Of a stretch of 64,000 bases of DNA, positions 1 to 8,732 are shown in pieces. The position numbers were made by a program, and so were the translations under genes. The notes beneath the pieces are model-generated. The model was not told the DNA's origin. It searched no databases and saw only the letters and a list, made by a program, of their open reading frames with translations. This stretch comes from Bdellovibrionales bacterium (lineage in GTDB: Bacteria; Bdellovibrionota; Bdellovibrionia; Bdellovibrionales; UBA1609). Location of the stretch: the NCBI GenBank assembly GCA_027317865.1, contig DAHVQG010000006.1, positions 32,001 through 96,000 of the forward strand, in the 5' to 3' direction. Numbering within the stretch: the stretch's first letter is position 1; each line of letters starts with the position of its first letter.

Positions 1-373
1 ATCCGAGGACTTGAAACCAACGGCCAATACCCACACACAAAGCGGCCGATCCGCCGAGCCCTGCACCTAACGGAATGTGACTCGTCACCTTCAAGTTGCC
101 GATTAGATCTTCGCGCTTGCGTTCAACTCTCCCCAATGCTTTTTCAAGCACACCCCAAAATAATATCGAAAGTTCCTCACCGTTCGGACCATCGAAAGAC
201 ACTTGTAGCCCTGGTGAATTATCATGCGGCAGCTGTTGGTTGGTTGCTTGCCACAAAAACTGCATGGTAGTCGCTCGTGTCGGGAACACCAGTGCCGGTG
301 AACCTCGAATGACGGCATGCTCGCCCGCGAGAATCCATTTGCCATACGTCGATATTGAAATTGAACGGCTCAA
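1..373 (-). CDS. mvk: Mevalonate kinase (GHMP family), 5' part; runs off the window edge and is absent from the ORF track
   Basis: Manual translation from TTG at 373 (TTGA overlap with mvaD stop, GGAGGG upstream): MSRSISISTYGKWILAGEHAVIRG...HIPLGAGLGGSAALC. Contains the GKxILxGEHAV and PxGxGLGxSAA mevalonate kinase motifs; frame open to the window edge. Confidence 0.9.
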   Translation of the reverse strand, partial: MSRSISISTYGKWILAGEHAVIRGSPALVFPTRATTMQFLWQATNQQLPHDNSPGLQVSFDGPNGEELSILFWGVLEKALGRVERKREDLIGNLKVTSHIPLGAGLGGSAALCVGIGRWFQVLG

Positions 374-1461
374 CAATTCCCTCCGCGCGAGGGCATCAAT
401 TCTTGCGTTTTATTATAAGACGCAAAAATTTGAACGGGCTGGTGAACACCCTCAATACATTTTGAAAAATTCAAGGCCACTTCGAGCTGGTTCGAGCGGT
501 ACAACAAATGTACATTCGGACCAGCGTCGAGAGTCACGAGCGGTCCGTCACCGTTTCGTTCCCAAAATTTATCGACTTCGTCGAGAATGGTAAGCGTTTC
601 GGCCGTTAAATAACGAAAGGGCGGATGTGCCGTATGAAATAACGCGTGCATATCCCAAAATTCCGCATTTGCAATTTCGTACGCCATTCGCCAGTTGCCA
701 CTGCCGTTCAGTGCGTCTTTGACAAGTTTTAGCCGTTCTTCAGCGCGCTCGGCACGGCCATGAAAGAGACGGCTCGTTTCAACCCGTTTGTGCGCCTCAC
801 TTGAGCTCACCAATTTGTGTTTTCTGTCGACAATAATAACTTGATGATGTAGCGGCTCAAAAATGCTGTGCCAGGATGCACAGGTACAATGATCGGCCGT
901 CTCGATTTTGTTCGCGCTATTGCGGTTCAACAATTCCACGCTCCAAAGTGCAAATGGACCGTAAAAGCTTCGAATCGACGAACCCGAGCCTTTTCGCGAA
1001 AGTTGTGCGATTTGGTCCCGAGTCAGATCAAGTCTTGGATTAATCTTTTTCGCCATTTCAAATGCGGCCAAGGTAAGCGCCGCAAAACTCGAAGCACTGC
1101 TGGCAATACCGCAATCAGCGGGGAAGTTATTCGCCGATCGAACCACAAAACTACCTTCAAGACCCAATCTTGACTTGAGAATTCGAAAATGATTTAGAAA
1201 CCGTTGCTTAGAAAATTCGCTTAATTTTGGAGCCGTCCATTTTTCAAACGAATCCTTACTATAACTATCACAATCAAGTGGTTGCCATTCGTCGTTTGCG
1301 CCATCAAATCTCTTAAGTGTTACCGCCGTACGCAAGTGGTCAAGGGTGTATGAAAGCGATGAGTTGACAGGAAGACCGTCACGCTTGCCCATGTACTTGA
1401 TCAATGCAATATTAGACGGCGCCTCGGCGACTGCCACCATTAATTCATCATAAGCGTTCAT
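370..1461 (-). CDS. mvaD: Diphosphomevalonate decarboxylase
   Basis: APSNIALIKYMGK, NNFPADCGIASSASSFAAL, RKGSGSSIRS and TLDAGPNVH motifs; mevalonate operon context. Confidence 0.95.
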   Translation of the reverse strand: MNAYDELMVAVAEAPSNIALIKYMGKRDGLPVNSSLSYTLDHLRTAVTLKRFDGANDEWQPLDCDSYSKDSFEKWTAPKLSEFSKQRFLNHFRILKSRLGLEGSFVVRSANNFPADCGIASSASSFAALTLAAFEMAKKINPRLDLTRDQIAQLSRKGSGSSIRSFYGPFALWSVELLNRNSANKIETADHCTCASWHSIFEPLHHQVIIVDRKHKLVSSSEAHKRVETSRLFHGRAERAEERLKLVKDALNGSGNWRMAYEIANAEFWDMHALFHTAHPPFRYLTAETLTILDEVDKFWERNGDGPLVTLDAGPNVHLLYRSNQLEVALNFSKCIEGVHQPVQIFASYNKTQELMPSRGGNC

Positions 1462-2418
1462 CTAAACACCTGTCAGCACACCAGCGCCTTCGATTGAAGC
1501 CGGCTTATCCGAGTCATCTATTTGCATTTGAAAACCAGTTGAGAGTGCCCCCAAATCTGCGACGATCGGCAGGTGAAGTTCTTCAAGAATTCGATTTACG
1601 CGTGATCGATTTTCTGCAGCAAAAAATACCGCAAGTGCATCACCGCTAAGAGCGCCACAACCCTTAACAGCACGTATAAATGGTTGTGCAATAAGTGTCG
1701 AAATAAAAATTTGTGACTCATCCGCCACGAGGCCAATCTCCAACAATTCGCAATGATAATCATTCACCGCATCGAAAAATACCTGTGCATCTCGAGTTTC
1801 AAAAGCATCCAAGCCTTGTTCTAAAATCCAAGTCAATTCGCCGGTATCAATGTCACCGAGGTCATTGAGGTGCGTATGCGTGGCGACTTTATGCCCCGTA
1901 CGCACCAAAACAAACTCGTAACCCTCGAACGGCCAGGAAATTTGCTGAAATGAAAAAGGTTCGAGATTGACCTCACACAGCCCACCGGCAAACTGCGAAA
2001 CAATGTCAGCACCACTCGGTTTGATACCCGAACGATTCGTAATTTCGAGGTTCCGGTAATCCCGCCAAATAGCCTCAACTTGCACCGCGCTGGATTCGCG
2101 GCGCCCATTCGCGTCGGCAATAAGCTGAGCTAAAGCATGCACAAGAAGAAACTGTGCGCTCGATGCGCCGAACCCGCCGAGTCCGTTATGAGGGTCAATA
2201 AATTGCAAATCGGAGGCCCCGAAACAGTCACGATTTTGGGCGAGCCACAAACCTGCCGGGCTGCCCGCTGGAATTCCTTCAATGACTCCCGTACCACGCA
2301 TGTCGGCAACCAATTGAAAACGTGGCTCAGAATTAAACAACAACGCTGAACCCGCATTGAGAACCGAGTATTCGCCGAGCAAAAATGATTTACTTGGGCA
2401 ACTCAAAAGAATTTTCAT
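1462..2418 (-). CDS. Divergent GHMP kinase, probable phosphomevalonate kinase
   Basis: PSKSFLLGEY, GGFGASSA, PSGADIVSQ and KGCGALSGD GHMP motifs. Lies between mvaA and mvaD; a separate canonical mvk follows, so PMK by elimination. Confidence 0.7.
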   Translation of the reverse strand: MKILLSCPSKSFLLGEYSVLNAGSALLFNSEPRFQLVADMRGTGVIEGIPAGSPAGLWLAQNRDCFGASDLQFIDPHNGLGGFGASSAQFLLVHALAQLIADANGRRESSAVQVEAIWRDYRNLEITNRSGIKPSGADIVSQFAGGLCEVNLEPFSFQQISWPFEGYEFVLVRTGHKVATHTHLNDLGDIDTGELTWILEQGLDAFETRDAQVFFDAVNDYHCELLEIGLVADESQIFISTLIAQPFIRAVKGCGALSGDALAVFFAAENRSRVNRILEELHLPIVADLGALSTGFQMQIDDSDKPASIEGAGVLTGV

Positions 2419-3728
2419 GGACGAGCTTCTCCGCCCGAATGTGAACGCAGTTCTCTTAAAGCGTCAACGGCATGACTCAGTGAAATTCGCTTGGTCATGG
2501 CCAAAATCTCTTCGAGACGCCGCTGAACGTAGGGCATTTCACTTTCTGTGGCCCCCGCGCCCAAGCTGAGGTTTCGAATATGAAGTTTCATATGCCCCTC
2601 GATAATTCCAACAGTAGTGAGCGCGCGTAAAGCACCCAAATTTTGCACCAATCCGACAGCGGCACAAATGCGCGACAAATCATTGGCGGATTGAACATCC
2701 AACAACCGTAGGCACATTCGGGCCATCGGATGAAGGCGCGTCACACCCCCAACTATACCGACAATTACGGGGGCAACGAATTCGCCGTGCAGTTCGTTGT
2801 TGTTTACAGTCCATCGGGTAATTGTTCGATACCGGCCATCACGTGCCGCGTAGGCGTGCACTCCGGCTTCAACCGCGCGCCAATCATTGCCCGTCGCGAT
2901 GAGAATCGGATCAATGCCGTTCAGCACTCCCTTATTGTTCGTTGTCGCACGATAGGGATCTTGATGGGCAAAAAGTGACGCCTCTGCAATTCTCTCCATA
3001 AGATCGGAATCAAGTCCGCGCATAATCACACGCGCACGCGTGACTTTTGTGTCGACCAGATTCGAAAGGATACACATCGTAACACCTTCGCCCGTCGCCG
3101 CTTCAATCGGAGTTTTTAAATATTCACAAACTTGATTGACGATATTAGCGCCCATTGCATCCACCGGGTCGACTAAAACGTGAATCACAGCCATCTCGCC
3201 GTTATCGATGTGGTTTTCTCGCCCGTCACCACGCGCGACCGTTCTTAGTTGAATATCGCTTACTCCGCCGCCACGGCTTTTGAGCCCATGTGCCACATCG
3301 CGATTGGCGATCTCGATTAACTCATTTTTGTGGGAGTGAATGTATTCTTTCAGTCGCGGCCAGTTTTTTACTTTTGCAATCTGAATTTGCCCGATAACCG
3401 AGTGGCCTTCGATTGAAGTTTGAATTTCGCCATTCTCGCGCACCCATTTTGCCGTTTTACTTGCCGCCGCAATGATCGAGGTTTCTTCAACCGCCATCGG
3501 TATGACTTTCGCCTGCCCATCGATTACAAAATTAGTCGCCACTCCAAGCGGCATTTGCAAAAAACCAATTACGTTTTCTATAAAATGCTCGGCAATCTGG
3601 ATATCGACCGGCGCCCCGTTTTCAAGAAATTTTACGTCTTCAGCCGTTAGCGCTCCCAACTCGCGCAATCGTCGTAGCCGTTCAGGACGAGTCAATTTTG
3701 AAAACCCGCTAAAGTTGAACTCTTTCAT
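2415..3728 (-). CDS. mvaA: Hydroxymethylglutaryl-CoA reductase, class II
   Basis: ENVIG, PMAVEETSIIAA, DAMGAN, NKGVLNGID, GNDWRAVEAG and GHMKLH motifs. Confidence 0.95.
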   Translation of the reverse strand: MKEFNFSGFSKLTRPERLRRLRELGALTAEDVKFLENGAPVDIQIAEHFIENVIGFLQMPLGVATNFVIDGQAKVIPMAVEETSIIAAASKTAKWVRENGEIQTSIEGHSVIGQIQIAKVKNWPRLKEYIHSHKNELIEIANRDVAHGLKSRGGGVSDIQLRTVARGDGRENHIDNGEMAVIHVLVDPVDAMGANIVNQVCEYLKTPIEAATGEGVTMCILSNLVDTKVTRARVIMRGLDSDLMERIAEASLFAHQDPYRATTNNKGVLNGIDPILIATGNDWRAVEAGVHAYAARDGRYRTITRWTVNNNELHGEFVAPVIVGIVGGVTRLHPMARMCLRLLDVQSANDLSRICAAVGLVQNLGALRALTTVGIIEGHMKLHIRNLSLGAGATESEMPYVQRRLEEILAMTKRISLSHAVDALRELRSHSGGEARP

Positions 3729-4777
3729 TTCGCTTTACCTCGTAAGCTATCGACGTCGCGTGAACCCGTGCAAAAAAGTGCCGTCTTTAATTCATATTCG
3801 ATGACTTCCATCCGATGATCGAGCGCGGCTTCACCTTGAATCGCGACCTCAAGTATCGGTTTTGCAAATCCGACTTTTGTTGCTCCTAAAGCGAGCATCT
3901 TCGCGGCATCAAGGCCGCTACGAATACCACCTGATGCCCAAATTTCCGATACCATACCCGTTCGATTTGCAATTAACTCTGCACAGGCCGACGAAACCTG
4001 GCGAACGGACTCAACGGTAGGAATGCCCCAATCCGCGAATGTAGAGGCCGCTTCGCGCTGTACAGATTCAGCCGGCGCACGAGCCCCTTCGATACGCCCC
4101 CAATGAGTACCGCCAAATCCACCGACATCAATCGCACTCACGCCCGTTTCAACAAGCCGTCGAGCCGTCGACGCCGAAATTCCACAACCCGTCTCCTTTA
4201 TGATAACCGGAACCGGTAACTGTTTTACCAGTTGAGCAATTTTGGTTAGACCACCGGCAAAATGCGGTGTTCCTTCGGGTTGCAAGCATTCTTGAAGCGC
4301 ATTTAAGTGAATGATCATTGCCTTCGCTTCAAGATTTTCGATTAACGCTTTAATTACTTCAGCGTCGGTTTCAATCACTTGCGCAATACCTAAATTACCC
4401 AGAAGCACTGCTGATGGAGCGGTTTTGCGGATCTTTCGCCATTCCTCGCGTGCAGTGAAGTCGTGTAACTCGCGCCGTTGCGAACCAACGCCCATCCACC
4501 AACCGCGCTTTGCGCACACAACCGCCATCGTGCGGTTCATTTCGAGCGACGACGAGTGCCCCGCCGTCATAGAACTTACAAGAAACGGCGTTGCAGTCAC
4601 TTCGCCGAGCGAACGCGACCGCAGACTGACATTTGAAAAATTAAGATCAGGCAAGGCTTCATGATCAAGCCGAATTTGGTCAATTCCGCTTCGGCCAAAG
4701 GCCTCGTTCTCGCGCTTTAAAGCGAAGGCGATGTGATCGCGCTTTCGACCTTCAAACTGAGAATCAAGTTCATGCAT
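3725..4777 (-). CDS. fni: Type 2 (FMN-dependent) isopentenyl-diphosphate delta-isomerase
   Basis: RKRDHI, SSMTAG, GVGSQR, HLNALQE, KETGCG, GGTHW and SGGIRSGLD motifs; start overlaps the rplT stop (ATGCATGA). Confidence 0.95.
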   Translation of the reverse strand: MHELDSQFEGRKRDHIAFALKRENEAFGRSGIDQIRLDHEALPDLNFSNVSLRSRSLGEVTATPFLVSSMTAGHSSSLEMNRTMAVVCAKRGWWMGVGSQRRELHDFTAREEWRKIRKTAPSAVLLGNLGIAQVIETDAEVIKALIENLEAKAMIIHLNALQECLQPEGTPHFAGGLTKIAQLVKQLPVPVIIKETGCGISASTARRLVETGVSAIDVGGFGGTHWGRIEGARAPAESVQREAASTFADWGIPTVESVRQVSSACAELIANRTGMVSEIWASGGIRSGLDAAKMLALGATKVGFAKPILEVAIQGEAALDHRMEVIEYELKTALFCTGSRDVDSLRGKAK

Positions 4778-5120
4778 TGGCCATTATCTGTTTCACGAGC
4801 GCTGCAAAACCGGCCGAATCTCTAAGCGCCATGTCGGCCAACATTTTACGGTCAAGCTCGATTGGTGATTTTCTGAGTGCTCCGATAAAACGCGAATACG
4901 TTGTCCCATTCATTCGAACCGCCGCGTTTATGCGTTGGGTCCAGAGCTGACGCATTTCACGGCCGCGCACTTTTCGGTCGCGATACATGTATTGCATTGC
5001 CCGATCGGTTTTTTCAGCGGCATGAGTAATTGCACGGGAGTTAGCGGCGTAAAACCCGCTAGCGCGTTCCAAAATTTTATTGCGACGACGTCTCGCTTTT
5101 GTTCCTCTTTTAATTCGCAT
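4770..5120 (-). CDS. rplT: 50S ribosomal protein L20
   Basis: MRIKRG...YRDRKVRGREMRQLWTQRINAA...YSRFI...LDRKMLADMA. Confidence 0.97.
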   Translation of the reverse strand: MRIKRGTKARRRRNKILERASGFYAANSRAITHAAEKTDRAMQYMYRDRKVRGREMRQLWTQRINAAVRMNGTTYSRFIGALRKSPIELDRKMLADMALRDSAGFAALVKQIMANA

Positions 5121-5347
5121 TACTCACCCCTTTTTTCGGATCGCGCTTTCGGCCGCGAGGTAACCAATAACCGTTCGACTTGATAGGTACTTGCACCATG
5201 AATGTAGGTCATCGTACCAAGTTGCCGTTTTCGCCCCGACGATTTATGCGAAAGAAGGTGACGAAGATTCGCTTTGCGGCGCTTGACGCGTCCACTGCCT
5301 GTCACGCGAAGACGTTTTTTCGCCCCGCTGTGGGTTTTCTGCTTCAT
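5120..5347 (-). CDS. rpmI: 50S ribosomal protein L35
   Basis: MKQKTHSGAKKRLRVTGSGRVKR...HLL. Start moved to ATG 5347, which has a GAGGAG Shine-Dalgarno at 5355-5360. Confidence 0.95.
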   Translation of the reverse strand: MKQKTHSGAKKRLRVTGSGRVKRRKANLRHLLSHKSSGRKRQLGTMTYIHGASTYQVERLLVTSRPKARSEKRGE

Positions 5348-5362
5348 TGAATTTCTCCTCAC

Positions 5363-5410
5363 TTGAGAAGGCGGGCTAATGTCGATCAACCGCTTTTGGG
5401 CCATTCTCAA
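5363..5410 (-). promoter_or_regulatory. Structured 5' leader (stem-loop) immediately upstream of the rpmI Shine-Dalgarno; candidate L20-responsive element
   Basis: Minus strand TTGAGAA-N10-GCGG-TTGAT-cgac-ATTAG-C-CCGC-C-TTCTCAA-gt-GAGGAG: a 7-bp outer stem plus an inner stem of about 9 bp. Confidence 0.5.
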
Positions 5411-5427
5411 TGGTTTTATAACCCGTA

Positions 5428-5456
5428 GTGTTATCTGACCCCGTCTGAAAGGTCAA
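5428..5456 (-). promoter_or_regulatory. Sigma70-type promoter for rpmI-rplT-mevalonate genes
   Basis: TTGACC (5456-5451), 17 bp spacer, TAACAC (5433-5428). Confidence 0.55.
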
Positions 5457-5561
5457 TGCAAAAAGAGCCGGGTTCAAGCCGATGCTCCGACGAAATGAAG
5501 AATCCTTGAGCTGTAGCAATGCTCATTTCTCACTGGGGATGGCCATGTTACTTATTCGTAT

Positions 5562-5954
5562 ATGATGACGCGCTTTTTGACGACGGTTCTACTATTAATA
5601 ACCGCTTTTTACAGCTTGGGTTTATCGGCATGCCCCGATTTTAGGGTTTCGCCGAAAAATAAAGCTCTTTCACTATTTCTGATTCAACGGCGCTTTAACG
5701 AAGATTTGATATCGCCCAAAGATGCGGTGTCAAATTTTTCAGACTTAAAGGGCGAAGCACTTGCATGTTGGAATTCATCCAACCCGCTGTACCGCAATTT
5801 TTTTTCGTTTAATTTGGCCGGGGTTCCGCTTGTTTTAGTTCTCGACATCAACCCCGATCGCGGAGCCGTTTGTTACCATTATTTTAACTCGAGCGGCGAA
5901 TATCTTAATTCTTGGTGTGGCGACCCCACCCGCCGCTGGACATGGGATAATTAA
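5562..5954 (+). CDS. Hypothetical exported protein, probable lipoprotein
   Basis: Hydrophobic N-terminus ending in LSAC (lipobox-like), 4 Cys in total; fills the gap between rpmI and infC on the opposite strand. Confidence 0.65.
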   Translation: MMTRFLTTVLLLITAFYSLGLSACPDFRVSPKNKALSLFLIQRRFNEDLISPKDAVSNFSDLKGEALACWNSSNPLYRNFFSFNLAGVPLVLVLDINPDRGAVCYHYFNSSGEYLNSWCGDPTRRWTWDN

Positions 5955-6613
5955 CTTGCGCTAGAGTCCTCATCTAAAACTGCATCGTCATTTTGATCGG
6001 CCTTTTCTTTCTGCGCGGAACCTTCTTTCTTTTTAAACTCTTTAAGTTTCACCGGATCGGGAGCAAAAAGTATAAAAACTTGACGGCCCTCTTTACGAGC
6101 TGGTGTTTCGACAGCCGCCAGATCGTTTAAACCCTCGGTAAATTTCTGCAAAACGCCCATACCCTCTTCTTGGTGCGACATTTCGCGGCCCGAAAAACGC
6201 AGAGTGACTTTGACTTTGTCGCCTTCGGCAAGAAATCGGCGGGCATGACGAAGTTTTGTCTCCATATCATGCTGTTCTGTCCGAGGACGAAGTTGAATTT
6301 CTTTAATGTCCACAACCACTTGATTTTTTCTTGCCGCCACTTGCTTCTTTTTATTTTCGTATTTCCACTTGCCGTAATCCATGATTTTGCATGTGGGGGG
6401 TTTTGCTGTTGGAGCAATCTCGATCAAATCGAGACCCCGCGATTCCGCAAGTTGTACAGCGGCAGGAACATTGTAAACACCTAACATTTTACCGTTCTCG
6501 TCAATGACACGAACTTCGGAGGCATAAATTTCTCGATTTACACGCAAGCCGCCGTCACGTTTGGGGCCACGGCGCTCACCGAAAGGTCGCCGTCCCGATA
6601 TAATTGGTTTAAT
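5951..6613 (-). CDS. infC: Translation initiation factor IF-3, ATT start
   Basis: IF-3 motifs (RVNREI, LDLIEIAP, CKIMDYGKWKY, KEIQLRP, GDKVKV, FSGRE). In-frame ATT at 6613 lies 7 nt after AAAGGAG, extending the track ORF by 22 codons. Confidence 0.95.
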   Translation of the reverse strand: MKPIISGRRPFGERRGPKRDGGLRVNREIYASEVRVIDENGKMLGVYNVPAAVQLAESRGLDLIEIAPTAKPPTCKIMDYGKWKYENKKKQVAARKNQVVVDIKEIQLRPRTEQHDMETKLRHARRFLAEGDKVKVTLRFSGREMSHQEEGMGVLQKFTEGLNDLAAVETPARKEGRQVFILFAPDPVKLKEFKKKEGSAQKEKADQNDDAVLDEDSSAS

Positions 6614-6628
6614 AAGTGGTCTCCTTTG

Positions 6629-8644
6629 TTATGATTTATTGGCTGCAGGCGCCCGGTTTGCACCGCCCGGCTCTGCAATGAGTTTTACGAGTGACGATTC
6701 AAGTGTTCGGGCTCGATTGTCTTTAACTACCATCTCATAAAATTGATCTTTGTTTATCGGGTTAGTCAAGCCCCCCGATCCAAGCCGCACCGATATGGTT
6801 TGTGTTTCTTTTTCTTTGTCACCGATAATCAACATCAGCGGTATTTTCATGAGCTGTGCATCACGAATTTTAAACCCAAGCTTTTCGCCACGTGAATCGT
6901 TGTGCACGCGAATACCGCGCGATTTTAGTTCGCTCTCTAGCTTCTGACAATAGTCTTGCTGCCGATCTGATACACTCAGTATTCGCACTTGAACAGGAGC
7001 CAACCATAACGGCAAATGCCCTGCCGTGTGTTCGAGGTAAACGCTGATAAATCGCTCAAAAGAACCTAATATCGCCCGATGTAGCATAACCGGTTGGTGC
7101 TCGGTATTGTCTTCACCGATGTATTTGAGCTGAAAGGCGTGCGGCATATTAAAGTCCGCTTGCAATGTACCAAGCTGCCAAGGTCTACGAATCGAGTCGA
7201 CAAACATGATGTCAAGCTTTGGTCCGTAAAACGCGCCATCGCCTGGGTTAATTGTATATGGTAAATTTAATTTCTTTAGCGCATTTTCAAGCGCGGATTC
7301 GGCTCGGTCCCAAACCTCGTCACTACCGAGCCGACGCTCTGGCCGCGTTGATAAATAAACGTGGTATTGGTTCATCCCGAGAGTATTGTAAACCTCGCCT
7401 AAAAATCGCATGAAATTTTCGATTTCGGATTGAATTTGATCGAGCGTACAAAAAATATGGGCGTCATCTTGCGAAAATGAGCGCACGCGCGAAAGACCGT
7501 GCATCACGCCGCTTCGTTCATAACGATGGAGCCTACCAAAATCGGCCACGCGCCATGGCAGTTCGCGATATGACCGCCGGTCCGAGCCATAGAGTAGGCA
7601 ATGCCCCGGGCAGTTCATCGGTTTGCACGCCATTTCGCGCTCATCAACTTTCATGAAATACATATTTTCACGATAATTCGCGTAGTGACCTGATTGGTGA
7701 AACAGTTCAACGTCAAAAATCTGGGGCGTGATCACCTCTTGATAATTATATTCGCGATATTTGTCGCGCATAAAATTCATCAATTCGTTGTATATAACCG
7801 CACCATTCGGAGTAAAAAACGGCGAACCCGGCGCAAGCTGATGAAATACAAACAGGTTGAGATCTTTGCCCAACCGGCGATGGTCGCGTTTTTTGGCTTC
7901 TTCAAGATCAGCCAAATATTGTTTTAGATCCGCATCGTTCAAAAACGCTGTTGCATAAATTCGCTGAAGTTGTTCGCGCTTTTCATCGCCGCGCCAATAG
8001 CTGCCGGCAAGACTCAAAATTTTAACCGCGCCGATTTGACCAAGCCTTTGAACGTGCGGGCCACGACAAAGATCAAACCATTTGCCCTGATGATAAACAC
8101 TGACTGATTTCGCTCCTTGCGCTTTTAGATCTTCGATAATTTCAACTTTGTACTTCTCGCCCATATCGCGAAATGTTGCGATAGCCCGAGCGGCATCCCA
8201 CTCTTCACGAACAACCGGTAAGTCGCGCTTGATAATTTCACGCATTCGCTTTTCAATTTTTTCAAGATCTTCAGGAGTAAATGGCCGTTTCGAATCAAAA
8301 TCGTAATAAAAACCGTCATCGATTACTGGCCCGATCGTGACTTTAACGTCCGGCCAAATTTCTTGCACCGCCTGGGCCATGACGTGCGCGGCCGAATGCC
8401 GAATAACCTCAAGTGCCCGCACGTCTTTTGTTGTAACGATTTTAAGTTTTGTCCCGGTAGGCACGCGCCAGCGTAGATCAACAAGATTCTGCGAACCCTT
8501 TGCTTGCTCGTTCGAACTCAAAACGATACCGGCTACAGTATCTTTTGCGAGCCGTGGTCCAATGGATTCCGCCACCTCTAGAACCGTAGGCTCTTTATCA
8601 AACTCTTTGATCGCTCCGTCAGGAAGGGTGATTTGAACCGCCAT
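6629..8644 (-). CDS. thrS: Threonine--tRNA ligase
   Basis: TGS domain, RHSAAHVMA, DLCRGPH, RDHR, KPMNCPGH, GAFYGPK and HRAILGSFERF motifs. ATG 8644 (TTG 8647 alternative). Confidence 0.97.
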   Translation of the reverse strand: MAVQITLPDGAIKEFDKEPTVLEVAESIGPRLAKDTVAGIVLSSNEQAKGSQNLVDLRWRVPTGTKLKIVTTKDVRALEVIRHSAAHVMAQAVQEIWPDVKVTIGPVIDDGFYYDFDSKRPFTPEDLEKIEKRMREIIKRDLPVVREEWDAARAIATFRDMGEKYKVEIIEDLKAQGAKSVSVYHQGKWFDLCRGPHVQRLGQIGAVKILSLAGSYWRGDEKREQLQRIYATAFLNDADLKQYLADLEEAKKRDHRRLGKDLNLFVFHQLAPGSPFFTPNGAVIYNELMNFMRDKYREYNYQEVITPQIFDVELFHQSGHYANYRENMYFMKVDEREMACKPMNCPGHCLLYGSDRRSYRELPWRVADFGRLHRYERSGVMHGLSRVRSFSQDDAHIFCTLDQIQSEIENFMRFLGEVYNTLGMNQYHVYLSTRPERRLGSDEVWDRAESALENALKKLNLPYTINPGDGAFYGPKLDIMFVDSIRRPWQLGTLQADFNMPHAFQLKYIGEDNTEHQPVMLHRAILGSFERFISVYLEHTAGHLPLWLAPVQVRILSVSDRQQDYCQKLESELKSRGIRVHNDSRGEKLGFKIRDAQLMKIPLMLIIGDKEKETQTISVRLGSGGLTNPINKDQFYEMVVKDNRARTLESSLVKLIAEPGGANRAPAANKS

Positions 8645-8654
8645 CAATCGCCTA

Positions 8655-8684
8655 CGCGTAGCATAACGCGACCATTTCTGTCAA
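8655..8684 (-). promoter_or_regulatory. Possible sigma70 promoter for thrS, giving a very short or no leader
   Basis: Perfect TTGACA at 8684-8679 and a weak extended -10 (TGcTACGCG) ending 7 nt before the TTG/ATG; no clear SD. Confidence 0.35.
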
Positions 8685-8732
8685 AGCGCTGACAAAATAA
8701 CGTATTAAACACGCCCTTCTCATAGGGCTGAA

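Noticed and set aside
96-593. 165-aa plus-strand ORF and 80-aa minus-strand ORF (103-345)
   Set aside because: Shadows of mvaD and of the real mvk frame; no motifs.
8713-8728. GCCCT-N6-AGGGC hairpin after actF
   Set aside because: Only a 5-bp stem with no proper U tract; too weak to call a terminator.
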